A stretch of DNA of 64,000 nt from Eledone cirrhosa (taxonomy: Eukaryota), in contig OZ024740.1 of the NCBI GenBank assembly GCA_964016885.1, forward strand, positions 144,150,001-144,214,000. The letters run 5' to 3'. Every line of letters starts with the position of its first letter. Position 1 is the first letter of the stretch. Under the pieces are notes generated by a model, which was given only the letters and a program-made list of their open reading frames with translations, was not told the DNA's origin and ran no database searches. Below are positions 25,237-37,459 of this stretch, one piece after another. A program made the position numbers and the translations under genes.

Positions 25237-25375
25237 TAATTGTTTCTACTTTTGGCACAAGGCCAGCAATTTGCCAGTGTATTACCGATACTTTATTTTA
25301 TCGACCCCGTAAGGATGAAAGGCAAAGTTAACCTCGGCGGAATTTGAACTCAGAATGGCAAGGGCCGTAACTCAA
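25237..25375 (-). mobile_element. Second tRNA-SINE family (Nin/Deu-like GCCTTTCATCC..GGGGTCGATAAA domain), partial
   Basis: Reverse complement matches the copy at 39651-39838. Confidence 0.8.
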
Positions 25376-25699
25376 TGCGTCAAGTGGCGAAGGGTAACCT
25401 GGAAGCAGGGCATACAGTCCAATCGCCATAGCGGGAAGTGGGGCTGTGCAGCCCCCCCCCCCCTCATTCCCTCTAAATGACCCTCTCGGTCAAAGCCGCA
25501 TGTAGTGTTATCTTATGTGTCTACGATTTAGTAAGCAGCCAAAATCCTGCTTGCTTCAACCGACGCTGTCGTGTGTTTGTGTGTTATCTTTATGTGTCTA
25601 CGATTTAGCAAGCAGCCAAAATTCTGCTTGCTTCAACCGACGCAATTGATCAACTCAAGGTTCCATAACACATGCACTGCATGCACGCACCATTCGCCC

Positions 25700-26153
25700 T
25701 GATATACATATATATGATATATATATATGATATATATATATATATATATGATATATGATATATATATATATATATATCATATATATATATATATATATAT
25801 GATATATATATATATATATATATATATATCATATATATATATATATGATATATATATATATATATATATGATATATATATATATATATATATGATATATA
25901 TATATATGATATATATATATATATATATATGATATATATATATATATATATATATATGATATATATATATATATATATATGATATATATATATATATATA
26001 TATGATATATATATATATATATATATGATATATATATATATGATATATATATATATATATATATATGATATATATATATATATATATATATGATATATAT
26101 ATATATATATATATGATATATATATATATGATATATATATATATATATATATA

Positions 26154-26202
<49 letters not shown>

Positions 26203-26214
26203 ATATATATATAT

Positions 26215-26246
<32 letters not shown>
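25700..26246. repeat. (TA)n microsatellite punctuated by TGA
   Basis: Direct inspection. Confidence 0.95.
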
Positions 26247-26334
26247 GTAATAATACATTTGAAGACTAAAATCCAAAGAGGGCTCGATAAGGATAAATAT
26301 ATATCAAATAAATAAGAACCCTAGAACAAATATA

Positions 26335-26450
26335 TATTAAAATAACAGATTAAAGTTTAAGCAGAGAATCGCTGCTTTCACCCATAACGGGATCTTTTGA
26401 AGGGTGAAAGCAGCGATTCTTTGCTTAAACTTTAATCTGTTATTTTAATA
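26335..26450. repeat. 49-bp inverted repeat (1 mismatch) with an 18-nt loop
   Basis: Arm 26335-26383 (tattaaaataacagattaaagtttaagcagagaatcgctgctttcaccc) and arm 26402-26450 are reverse complements except for one position. Confidence 0.95.
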
Positions 26451-27151
26451 AATATATATATCATGTAATATATATATATATATATTACATGATATATATA
26501 TATATATATATATATCATATAGTATATAATATAATATATATATAATATAATATGTGTGTATATATATATATAAATCAACATATAGAGATAAGTACACAGA
26601 GATATGTGATTTTATTTTATTTTAATGTGTATGTATGTATCTATATATATATATATATATATACATCTAGAAACGGTCATGTCACATCTGCTTGAGATTA
26701 TTTCTGCTATATCTACAATGACTGATATATGCTTCTGCTTTTTTTTCTGATTTTATTTTTTTTTAACCTTTATTGTAAACACGATATGCAAAAGCGATTA
26801 AAAAAAATTCTGAAAGTGAAACAGTTTGTCGATATACATAATGAAAGTAAGTAATTAGCAGTGTTGAGATTGGTATAATCTCCTAAATATTAATACATAA
26901 ACAAAACTTCATTTCGTATGATCTGGTATGATTGAATATTTTTGGATAATGAAAACTGAAGGATATATGCACTTCTGACAGAAATTGACACTGAGTACAC
27001 ATATACCTAAATGTAGCCATTAGATCTCAGATGTGAAAGGCTCGCTACAATGTACAAATAGAAATATCAGATTCATAAATTAAGAAATAGAAAAATGTAA
27101 AGATGTGTAAGCTTAGAGAAAATTCTGAACATGGTTTATTTGTTTTCTTAC

Positions 27152-27344
27152 CAGTGGTTCGCTGCTGTTGCTGCTGCTGCGCTGGAAAAGCCTGGCCTCC
27201 ATTTTGCCTCTTCCATCCTCTCCAGTTGTTGCACAGACTCTCGGGCTCGCTATTCCACGAGCACAGAGAATCCTCCTCGAAACGGTCACTGTCATCAAAT
27301 GAGATATGATCGGCTTCCGTCTCCCAGTCAAACATAAAGTGCAT
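27152..27344 (-). CDS. ZSWIM8: Zinc finger SWIM domain-containing protein 8 (Dora/EBAX-1 ortholog), first coding exon
   Basis: MHFMFDWETEADHISFDDSDRFEEDSLCSWNSEPESLCNNWRGWKRQ matches the conserved ZSWIM8 N-terminus (MELMFAEW..FSFEDSDRFEEDSLCSFISEAESLCQNWRGWRKQ). Donor G|GTAAGA at 27151, phase 1. Confidence 0.88.
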
Positions 27345-28218
27345 ACTTTGGTGGACCCGAGAGTAGAGGGAATTGTAGTGGATAGACGTCAGGTTATGGA
27401 AATTGAGGATGACTTTCTCGGATATTCCCCCCCCGGGAGAATGCTTACCAGGTAGCCAGCCTCTTAAATAGGAGGCTGTGAGTGTATGATGACTGTGTTA
27501 AAGTATATCACAGATCGATAATTATTTAGAATAAAAATAGTATCTATAAATAGAGTGGGATAGTGTTAGATAAATATGGTTACAGAGAAAGATAGATGTC
27601 AAATACTATAAGAGAGTGTTTTATCTAAGTTTCCTGAAGTCGGTGCCCGTAGCTCGAACTATTAATATTGTTCAACAAAAAATGGTTTTGGTTTGGGTCG
27701 CACAGTAGGCTATGAAGTTGCAATACTTAAATATGTGGTTAGCAAAACATACATTAGAGACAGAAGAGAGGGAGTGTGAGAGAGAGAGCGAGCGAGAGAG
27801 AAAGAGAGAGAGGGAGCACTACACAAATATACAAAGAATCACTGATTGCTGAAAATACAAAGCGAAGGTTTACTTCTTCAGATAAGTTTATCGTTGCTTC
27901 TTCAACTAGCAGAAATTTTTACTAAATAGAATCATTGATAATCAATGGATGTTAACAGAAGAAATGATATAACATGAATAATGGCAAGCCATAATTTTGT
28001 CCCGAAGCTAAGCGTTGCGTGATCGTAAAATATTTAGCAAGTAAAAGGGACCTATGTTTCTTTCAATAACAACACTATTCCAAAAGCATCGAGTAACTTC
28101 GGTAGCAATCGGTAAATTTGTCGGTATATTTCGGTAAAAAAAAGGACAAATGCACTCTCACTTATAATTACTATTACTTCTACTATCCCCGACCCACCTT
28201 TTTTTTTTTATTTGGAAA

Positions 28219-28298
28219 CCGGAAGATGACAAAATCTCGTTCTCTGACGAGATTTACAGGAACTCGTAATATCTCATTGGTTTGTAGTACTTCCTTTT
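28219..28298 (+). promoter_or_regulatory. RPS14 core promoter: ETS-type CCGGAAG, 9-bp inverted repeat and TCT/5'TOP start site
   Basis: CCGGAAG at 28219-28225. AAATCTCGT (28232-28240) and ACGAGATTT (28247-28255) form an inverted repeat. Pyrimidine initiator CTTCCTTTT at 28290-28298, typical of ribosomal protein genes. Confidence 0.7.
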
Positions 28299-28322
28299 GA
28301 GTCTTAGATATATTTGTGTGAG
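28290..28322 (+). other. RPS14: RPS14 non-coding exon 1 (5'TOP)
   Basis: Starts at the C of CTTCCTTTT and ends at the AG|GTATGT donor (28323). The TSS is approximate. Confidence 0.65.
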
Positions 28323-28949
28323 GTATGTATTATTTATTCTCTCTATTTAATCTACATTCATCTTCTTTTATTTAATACAGTTAAATTATAAATCATGTTT
28401 AAAATGTACATTACGATTAAACATTTTGTGAAAATATATTTTTCTTAATCATACTTTAAAAAATGCCTATTTTATGGTCCGAGACACGTGAAGGTGTAAT
28501 ATAATCGTTCAGTTTTTTTTGTATATTAATTAGCAATATCCACGGAATAGAAGTATTTTTAACTATTAGTATATTTTGTAGTCATGAATTTCTTTTAAAA
28601 TTGATTTAAATGAAGCATTTTTTTACCATTTGATTTCTGTCAACATGTCAGCACGAGGTCTATCTAGTATTGAAATATTCTATAAACGATGTTGCAATTA
28701 GTATTATTGGTCTATTTGGGGCTAACACCGATGAAATCAACCTCGGTTAATCCGTTAGAGATAGTCCAGGTAGTCGAGTTTTTCAAATAGCAACTATATG
28801 GGTCATTCGACGTGTGCGATGCACTACTAAAGAGATATTTTAACTAAAATTAATATTGTGATTTGGTCACAATACAAATAATGTTTTATTTTATTACTGT
28901 TTTTGATGTGTAGACTAAACATTTTGTGTTAATGAAATCTGGTTTCAGA

Positions 28950-29098
28950 ATGGCTCCACGTAAAGGAAAGACACAACAGCAACAAGAGCAAGTATCACTT
29001 GGTCCACAAGTGCTGGAAGGAGAAAATGTGTTCGGCGTAGCCCACATTTTTGCTAGTTTCAATGATACTTTTGTGCATGTTACTGACCTTTCAGGCAA
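28950..29098 (+). CDS. RPS14: 40S ribosomal protein S14 (uS11), coding exon 1
   Basis: Acceptor tttcag|A at 28948, then ATG. Encodes [49 protein letters not shown](K). Donor AA|GTAAGT, phase 2. Confidence 0.97.
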
Positions 29099-29198
29099 GT
29101 AAGTAATTTTTATATATACATATTCCATATTAGTGTGGAAGATAGACGTTAAACGATGATGATGATTTATAGTGGGGTTTATATTCTGAAGCTCGTAA

Positions 29199-29263
29199 AA
29201 CAGAACCTGGTACCTTATGTTTTGCAATGATAGGTCCAAACACCTTGAAGATCTGATGTCCTG
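29199..29263 (+). pseudogene. Decayed copy of the U55-type C/D snoRNA
   Basis: aacctggtaccttatgttttgcaatgataggtccaaacaccttgaagatCTGAtgtcctg is homologous to 30096-30174, but box C and the 5' stem are lost and the guide has G>A at D+5. Confidence 0.7.
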
Positions 29264-29729
29264 TGTTGAAAACCATTTAAAGATTGTTTTACCTAAAGAA
29301 TCAGTAACCGTTTTGTGTCTATTTTCCATGCTTGCATGGGTTAGATGGTGTTACGTTATGAAGCTAGATAGATCAGAGAACTATCTCGCCCAATATTGCC
29401 TGGTTTCTACTGTTGAATGCTCTTCCTATCGCCAAACACGGAAATAATTGATATTACTTCATTAACATGCTAGATTTTACCGTTTGTATATAATTTCGTA
29501 GAAATATTTTCTTAATCGATCCGAATCACATCCTTATGTATGTATAAGTGAATCAAAGCGATTAGGAAAACATTTGCGGAACGAAATCCATTATCAAGAA
29601 TATCCATAATTTCCACATTTTTTTCTACTTCTAATTAATTAAAAAGGATTTAATACGAACTGAACTAATTCTTGGTTATCCCCCCGTTGTAATTTTTTTC
29701 ATTTGTTAATTATGTATTAGCATAGAAAA

Positions 29730-30862
29730 TGGTACAATTGTTAATCTCTTTGTGAAGACGACCATCTACATATAGATTTAGTGTTATTGACAATAGACAT
29801 CGAAATATGAAAATATCTCGTTGCATGCTCGAGTCAACGAGCTTATATTTATTTATATACGCAACAAATACAGTGAATCAAGCTTTAATGTCAAATGATT
29901 TCCAGTTTGTTTTTAATATGAATTTGACCCTCTTTTTTCAAAAACTACACCAGGACTCAATTTTTTTAAACCCTGAGCTATCGCTTGTTCAACTTGTGCC
30001 TCAATCTGGCACTGATTAGATGGTTTACTCAATTATACCATTATTTGATTATATTGTATTTTTCAAATAAAATTGTAAGGATCTTGTACGTTAACCAGGA
30101 CATGTGATGACAACAACTTGGTACCTTATGTTTCTCGATGATAGGTCCAACCACCTTGGAGAGCTGATGTCCTGATAGATGATGCTTAGGGATTTGATAG
30201 AGATGATTATTTATTTCCTCAACGTGCTGGAATTAATGGTATGATCTCGATTTCTTTATGGATTGTTGGTTTTAAGTTGTGTACCGTCATTTCATTATGA
30301 TTTAATATTGAGTCATGGAATTCTTTTTATAAAATCGTCGAAAATATAATTTGACACTTGAATGAAAATAGGATATGTTAATACATAAACTCAGTGTGCT
30401 TGCACCACGTGAAACTCCCAATTAGTAAGACAGTTCTTGAATTGAAAAGTCCAAATAGAACTGATTGCATCTCATTAGAAATCAGTTCAGATACTATAAA
30501 TATTTGCATTAACACTTTTTAGATACTTTCTTTTAAGTCGTTACAGTATGTTAATGGTTAATAGAAGCATTACACAGTGGTTTGGTAGATATGTAAGGTT
30601 AACTTACTGCTGTGTATTTATGAAATAATGTTTTCTGTTGCCAGATCAGAGGTCAGTTACTCATTTTCCTGGCCACAGTGAATGGATATCTTAGGTTTCA
30701 GGAAATATGTATATACATAGTGGCTATGACCACCTTTTGTGCTCCTCTCTTTGAAGATATAAATACCTCTGATCTGTCAAGGTGATAAAAACATACAATC
30801 ATATGGCAAGACAAAAATGAAGCAGAATCATAACTTCTCGCAACTTTATATTCTCCATGTGC
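29730..30862 (+). repeat. 1.13-kb segmental duplication, copy 1
   Basis: Near-identical to 31528-32656 (a few substitutions and one 4-nt indel). Confidence 0.95.
30096..30174 (+). ncRNA. SNORD55: Box C/D snoRNA, U55/SNORD55 (SNORD39 family)-like, predicted 28S rRNA Cm guide
   Basis: Terminal stem CAGGACA/TGTCCTG, box C GTGATGA at 30104-30110, box D CTGA at 30164-30167. Guide CACCTTGGAGA is complementary to the conserved 28S TCTCCAAGGTG, with D+5 opposite a C. Resembles vertebrate U55 as recalled (TGATGACAACTCGGTA...AACCTTGGAGAGCTGA). Confidence 0.85.
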
Positions 30863-31527
30863 TCTTACAAGCAAGGAAATAATAGATGTGGTAATATGCA
30901 TATGCTATTTTGACATCTACCTGTCGTTCCAAGAAGATAGTCATCATTTGTGGGGAATGGGGACAACCACCACCAGAAGACCAGTAACTACACATTGGGT
31001 TTCAAGGGGTTTTCTCACATGCATGCCCATATATATTTACATGTGTATATACACATCATTCTCTTGTTTCAGTTATTGTGTGTGAGAGACTAATTATGAC
31101 TCTTTTCGGTGACTCCTGGTAGGAGGGAAGGAAATGCTTCCAACGGAGTGTACTCCACTAAAACAAAGAGCCAGGGTGTTAAACCTGGTAATGAATTAAA
31201 ACTACATCTCAAGTAGTTTGAGACAGGATTTGAACTTAAAACAGATATTGCAAGGCATCTTGTTCAGTGCTCTGACAATTCCCTCAACCCACTGTCCTGG
31301 ACTGGTATATTATCAACTCTGAAAAGATGTATATCAAAGCTGATTTCAGAAGAGTTTCAATGACAGAGAACTGGAATAAATATATTCATGCCTTTTGTTT
31401 GAAGCTCTAACATTTGTCAATTTGTTGCCCTACACATGGACACAGCCTGATTAATTGTTAAGTTTGCTTCACAATCATTAGGTCCCAGTGTCTGGCATCT
31501 CGGTCAAGTGTTACCATAGCTTTGAGT

Positions 31528-32656
31528 TGGTACAATTGTTAATCTCTTTGTGAAGACGACCATCTACATATAGATTTAGTGTTATTGACAATAGACATCG
31601 AAATATGAAAATATCTCGTTGCATGCTCGAGTCAACGAGCTTATATTTATATACACAACAAATACAGTGAATCAAGCTTTAATGTCAAATGATTTCCAGT
31701 TTGTTTTTAATATGAATTTGACCCTCTTTTTTCAAAAACTACACCAGGACTCAATTTTTTTAAACCCTGAGCTATCGCTTGTTCAACTTGTGCCTCAATC
31801 TGGCACTGATTAGATGGTTTACTCAATTATACCATTATTTGATTATATTGTATTTTTCAAATAAAATTGTAAGGATCTTGTACGTTAACCAGGACATGTG
31901 ATGACAACAACTTGGTACCTTATGTTTCTCGATGATAGGTCCAACCACCTTGGAGAGCTGATGTCCTGATAGATGATGCTTAGGGATTTGATAGAGATGA
32001 TTATTTATTTCCTCAACGTGCTGGAATTAATGGCATGATCTCGATTTCTTTATGGATTGTTGGTTTTAAGTTGTGTACCGTCATTTCATTATGATTTAAT
32101 ATTGAGTCATGGAATTCTTTTTATAAAATCGTCGAAGATATAATTTGACACTTGAATGAAAATAGGATATGTTAATACATAAACTCAGTGTGCTTGCACC
32201 ACGTGAAACTCCCAATTAGTAAGACAGTTCTTGAATTGAAAAGTCCAAACAGAACTGATTGCATCTCATTAGAAATCAGTTCAGATACTATAAATATTTG
32301 CATTAACACTTTTTAGATACTTTCTTTTAAGTCGTTACAGTATGTTAATGGTTAATAGAAGCATTACACAGTGGTTTGGTAGATATGTAAGGTTAACTTA
32401 CTGCTGTGTATTTATGAAATAATGTTTTCTGTTGCCAGATCAGAGGTCAGTTACTCATTTTCCTGGCCACAGTGAATGGATATCTTAGGTTTCAGGAAAT
32501 ATGTACATACATAGTGGCTATGACCACCTTTTGTGCTCCTCTCTTTGAAGATATAAATACCTCTGATCTGTCAAGGTGATAAAAACATACAATCATATGG
32601 CAAGACAAAAATGAAGCAGAATCATAACTTCTCGCAACTTTATATTCTCCATGTGC
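31528..32656 (+). repeat. 1.13-kb segmental duplication, copy 2
   Basis: Offset of 1794-1798 nt from copy 1. Confidence 0.95.
31890..31968 (+). ncRNA. SNORD55: Box C/D snoRNA U55/SNORD55-like, second identical copy
   Basis: Identical to 30096-30174. Confidence 0.83.
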
Positions 32657-34845
32657 ATTTGTTTGCCAAATATTTTACAAACTACTGATTTTATTTAACT
32701 CTTATCCTGTACTGCACCATTCTTGAAAGGTATAAAACTTCAGTGACTTAGTCTTTACACTAACACTGTAAATTTTCTCGAAGGTCTGTCTAGCAGTAAA
32801 GATATAGACATTGGAATTAACAAAGCTGATTTTAGATATTTTCAGCTAAATCATTAGAGGATGTTAATCATGACTCCAGCACTAGTTTCCCTTGTCTCTT
32901 GCTAGCGTAAAGATTCTTCTGTTAGTTTCCATTCTTTCGAGACAATGGGGGTGGAAAACTAACGAGTAAGGGGGCAGTGGAAGAGACAGTGATAGCTAAT
33001 GTTGGCAAAGAAAATAGCAGCATGGACAGTATGATGGGATGACAGAAAAAAAGGTGATGGCTATTAATAGATAGTTAATAAATGGTTGATAAAACAATTA
33101 GGGTTGGTGCCATCTTTCTTTATGGTGGTTGGAATTCAGATGGAGGGGTTAAAATATAGATTGGTCAAATTCCATTTATTACTTAAGCAATGTGGTGGAT
33201 GAGAGGGTAATAAAGAGGAAAGTACATGGAAACTTAATAGAATGTCATCATCCTTTTTTTGGTTCATTTTTCCATGCTTGTATGGGTTGGACCGATCTTT
33301 TCTAACACATCTCTATTTATTGCTCTCTGTGAGGTTTTGAGATGCTATCCCACCACATTTGCTTAGGCTTTACTTGTTCCTTCCTCTACTGCAGCGTCCT
33401 TCACTTTGAACTTTTATTCATTGCCCAATGATGATCATCGATGCACATCACATGGCCATACCATAGTCACTGACCTTTGGTTTGTCTTGAGGCAACTGTT
33501 GTTTTTCTTCTACTTGATTTTTACTGTCGGTTATGTGTGTAAGGTTGAGAAAGGGTGTTATGGGGGTGGGGATGATATAGCAACAAATAAAGTTGTGGTA
33601 GTTCAGAGGATACTATAAAGTTAATCACCATCTTGCAAGAGAATTGGTCTGTAATGGAGTAAACTTAGGCAACAAAGTAATTATGGTGAATGTACAAGAT
33701 TGTAAGCAAAGAAATGTTTTTGTACAATGTTAGTATAATCAATATTTATAATAGGGGTAGTGTCTATTTGTCACCAAACTTTAAGCTCTATTTTTAACTA
33801 CATCTGCATGTAATACACTACACATCAGAACTGGTTTTTTAAAGCAGCAATAAAATTATTCACATTTTCATTGGCCCCAGTGAAAAGTTATGTCTTATTC
33901 GGTTTTTCTGTTTCTTGTCTCCCAACTATCAATTCTCTTTTAAATGATACCCACAACCAATATACCTATATATCCCAATGTGTGAGAGGCAGCAAAATAA
34001 ACTAAGATGCTTCATTGAACATTGGATATGTCTAATGATTTTTATTTATTTATTTTTTTTTTTTGACAGTTACTTCCCTTGCGCTATATCAGAAAGTTAT
34101 CTTTTATTTATTGCAACCTCTTGTGTTTACAATGTTTTGGCTTTTACCTTTCATCCATACATAAGAGCAGGGTTTTGAAGATATAACGCCTGTGGTTTTG
34201 CATGCCCAACTTTTAGCTTAAAAAAAATTAATATCTACAATACTTGGTTTTACAAAGGAATAATTAGAAAACGTGTAATTGCAGAATTTGAAGCAGCATA
34301 ACAACACCTGTACAAACAAATGTAGAAATCAATACTTTTTTGCAAGTAGATGCTGCAAAAAGAAATTTTAGCACAATATACTATTCAGTGGATCAGCATT
34401 CCAGGAATATAAGCAAATTTTAATGAGTTGCTCATTTTCCATTATAGTTTTGGTCTGAGAGAACGAGAACTTGGCGTCATTGTAGCACTTTAGTGTTTCC
34501 TGTAGGGGTACATGCTTAAGAATCTTTATTTTGATTTATACTATATATCACTTGTGCAAATTGCCAGTATTCCTGGGGCCTTTTTCTTTCATAAGAATAT
34601 GCAGTGTTTAGTCAATGGGCCAGAATTAATCTGAAAACCGAATATATTTATTGTTCTTGCCTTATTTTAGACAGGAAATAAGCATGGTTGTGACTATACT
34701 AACACTGCTATGTATTTTGAGTTCGCGTTTTAGAAAATGACTGATTATATCAGTGTAAAGTTATGTCACATAACAGGTATTTTGTATGTGCTGTCTGATT
34801 CATTGTAACTAGTATGTTTCTACACTTTATTCTTATACTTTCTAG

Positions 34846-35007
34846 AGAAACTATTGCTCGTGTGACTGGTGGAATGAAGGTAAAGGCTGATCGTGATGAA
34901 GCCTCCCCATATGCTGCTATGTTGGCTGCACAAGAAGTAGCAGAAAGGTGCAAAACAGTTGGAATTACAGCTCTTCATATTCGACTTAGAGCTACAGGAG
35001 GCAATAA
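34846..35007 (+). CDS. RPS14: RPS14 coding exon 2
   Basis: ttctag| acceptor. Encodes [53 protein letters not shown](K). Donor AA|GTGAGT. Confidence 0.97.
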
Positions 35008-35760
35008 GTGAGTATCCCATAGATTTATACTTTGAGAAATTTAGTGGGTGTGGAATTGGATTATAGAGTGAGTGTGTGTATTTATTTTTATCCTTTTGAT
35101 AACTGCTCTTTATTCTATGATATAAAGTTGTTTTAAAATATTTATATTTATCAAATAAACAGGAAATTTTGTGTAATCATCTCAAATTTCCAAGCACCAG
35201 TTTTATGAAAAATTTAGTTTTAATGCTCATTTCCGCTAATATCTATTTGTCCATATCATTTCTGTTGCTATTAGTAAAATGTTAACTATAATTTGATAGA
35301 ATACTGAGATTGCTACTTGTGTATTGCAAAATTTTATAGTTGTAAACCATCATGTTTGGTTAATTACATATATCTCTAGGTACTTTCTAGCTTCATGAAA
35401 AATTCAATAGAATTCATGCCTTTAATAGTGGCTTATTGTATACTGTTTATGCTTATTTTCAAGAGAATTGCTGTAAAATAATTTTGATCAGTGATTTTCT
35501 GTTATATTAAAACTTTATTCTGAATATTATGCAATAGGGATGCTTTATATATATATGCATCCCCGTACTAGCAGGGAAAGCGGGCGTTAAATGATAGTTA
35601 TCATTGACAAAGAAATTGCATATCTTTCTCCACTCTTGACATCTTGTAATGGTTTAGAAAAATCTAAAAATGGGTTTGTTTTAATTGTTAATGGGATGAA
35701 GTCATAGTAGTGATTTGTACTAAAATATTTACTGGCATTTCTTTTAATGATTCTCCTTAA

Positions 35761-35961
35761 ACTGTTAGCATGTAAATTGGTCGGTCATACTGTATTGTTC
35801 TCAGAATAGATAACATCAAAATCTCGTAGATTTGATGTGAGATAATTATGTAAGATAAAGCCTTTGCCAGAAAAATAAAATATATATAGAGTAATTGTTT
35901 CTACTTTTGACACAAGGCCAGCAATTACCCAGTACAATAGAGTAATGTAAATGCTAAAGGG
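35761..35961. mobile_element. Decayed piggyBac-type MITE flanked by TTAA
   Basis: TTAA|actgttagcat...atgctaaaggg|TTAA. The right end is identical to the TIR at 39632-39641. Confidence 0.55.
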
Positions 35962-36009
35962 TTAATGATGTTACTAGCCTTTTTTCTCCAAATATCTTCT
36001 GGTATTCTT

Positions 36010-36490
36010 GCTAATAATTGTTTCTACATTTGGCACAAAGACAACAGATACCCAGTGCATTACTGGTACTTTATTTTATCGACCCCCGTAAGGATGAAAG
36101 GCAAAGTTAACTTCGACGGGATTTGAACTCAAACCGGAAAGGGAAAGCATGGCGTCTGACCCTCTACCGATACTGCCAATTCACTGTTGCTAATAATTGT
36201 TTCTACTTTAGGCACAAGGCCAGCAATTGCCCAGTGCATTACTGGTACTTTATTTTATCGACCCCGTAAGGATGAAAGGCAAAGTTAACCTCGGCGGGAT
36301 TTGAACACTGTTGCTAATAATTGTTTCTACTTTAGGCACAAAGCCAGCAATTACCCAGTGCATTACTGGTACTTTATTTTATCGACCCCGTAAGGATGAA
36401 AGGCAAAGTCAACCTCGGCGGGATTTGAACTCAGATCGTAAAGGGACGTAACTATGCTGGAAAGCATGGCGTCCGACTCTCTAATAATGA
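36010..36490 (-). mobile_element. Three tandem partial copies of the Nin/Deu-like tRNA SINE
   Basis: Repeated ataattgtttctac..cccagtgcattactggtactttattttatcgaccccgtaaggatgaaaggcaaagt. Confidence 0.85.
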
Positions 36491-36910
36491 TACCTAACTA
36501 GTTGCTACTTTGTCTGTAGGCTTGGATGAGTGGTTAGAACTGTATACCTGATTATCTCTGCCATAGATTAAGATTTTAAATATTTCTATATAATTGATAT
36601 AGTGTAAGTGCTATAATAGTGATTTTGTTGATTTGAGAATATATGATTTTAAGTATATTTTGTATGATGTTATTTAATGATGGGGCACAAGTTTCTGTGT
36701 CTTGTAAAATATTTAACATAATTTTAAGAAAGCTTGAGCCTCTGCTCTAAACGGTTTATATTCGTTTTATGTTTGGAGGTATATTGACATTAAAATCAGC
36801 TATCTTTCATAGATTATTTTGTAAGTAATAAAATGGTATTCATTCACTTGCATTTATTACAAACCTGACTAATAAAAGTATCCTAAATATTTTAAAGATT
36901 ATGGGATTGA

Positions 36911-37030
<120 letters not shown>

Positions 37031-37296
37031 TAACATTTACATATTTTTCATCTGAAATCATTCAGAGTAATTTTGCACCTTAACATAGATTCGTTTTAAA
37101 TGTTTTTCTGCAAAATGAAGAGTAGATTTTAAGAGGCCTGCTAAAGAGTTGACATATCTTGCTGTAAGAGGAATTAGTGTGCAATGCAGAAAATTGCACT
37201 GGTGTGAACATTTTGTGAAGAAGTGGGAGATGTGGCTGAAGTAGACTGGTCTCATCTTTATGCAGTCACTTTTCCAGCATAGTTACTTCCCTTTAC

Positions 37297-37415
37297 GATC
37301 TGAGTTAAAATCCCGCCGAGGTTAACTTTGCCTTTCATCCTTATGGGGTCGATAAAATAAAGTACCAGTAATGCACTGGGAATTGCTGGCCTTGTGCCTA
37401 AAGTAGAAACAATTA
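37297..37415 (+). mobile_element. Nin/Deu-like SINE fragment, opposite orientation to 36010-36490
   Basis: gagttaaaatcccgccgaggttaactttgcctttcatcc..gtcgataaaataaagtaccag. Confidence 0.8.
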
Positions 37416-37459
37416 ATTTTCAAACGTCATGCTTATCTATTCGCATTATTTTGAATTAA

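Noticed and set aside
25500-25645. Duplicated ~70-bp unit with AAGCAG/CTGCTT hairpin as a ribozyme
   Set aside because: No catalytic core on either strand; treated as a local tandem duplication in repeat debris.
28886-29447. ORFs 28886-29329 (-) and 29217-29447 (+)
   Set aside because: Antisense to an RPS14 exon or intronic; no protein-like features.
34560-34805. Additional snoRNA near the intron 2 acceptor (aatga...ctgattcatt)
   Set aside because: No canonical box C or H/ACA boxes and no recognisable rRNA guide.
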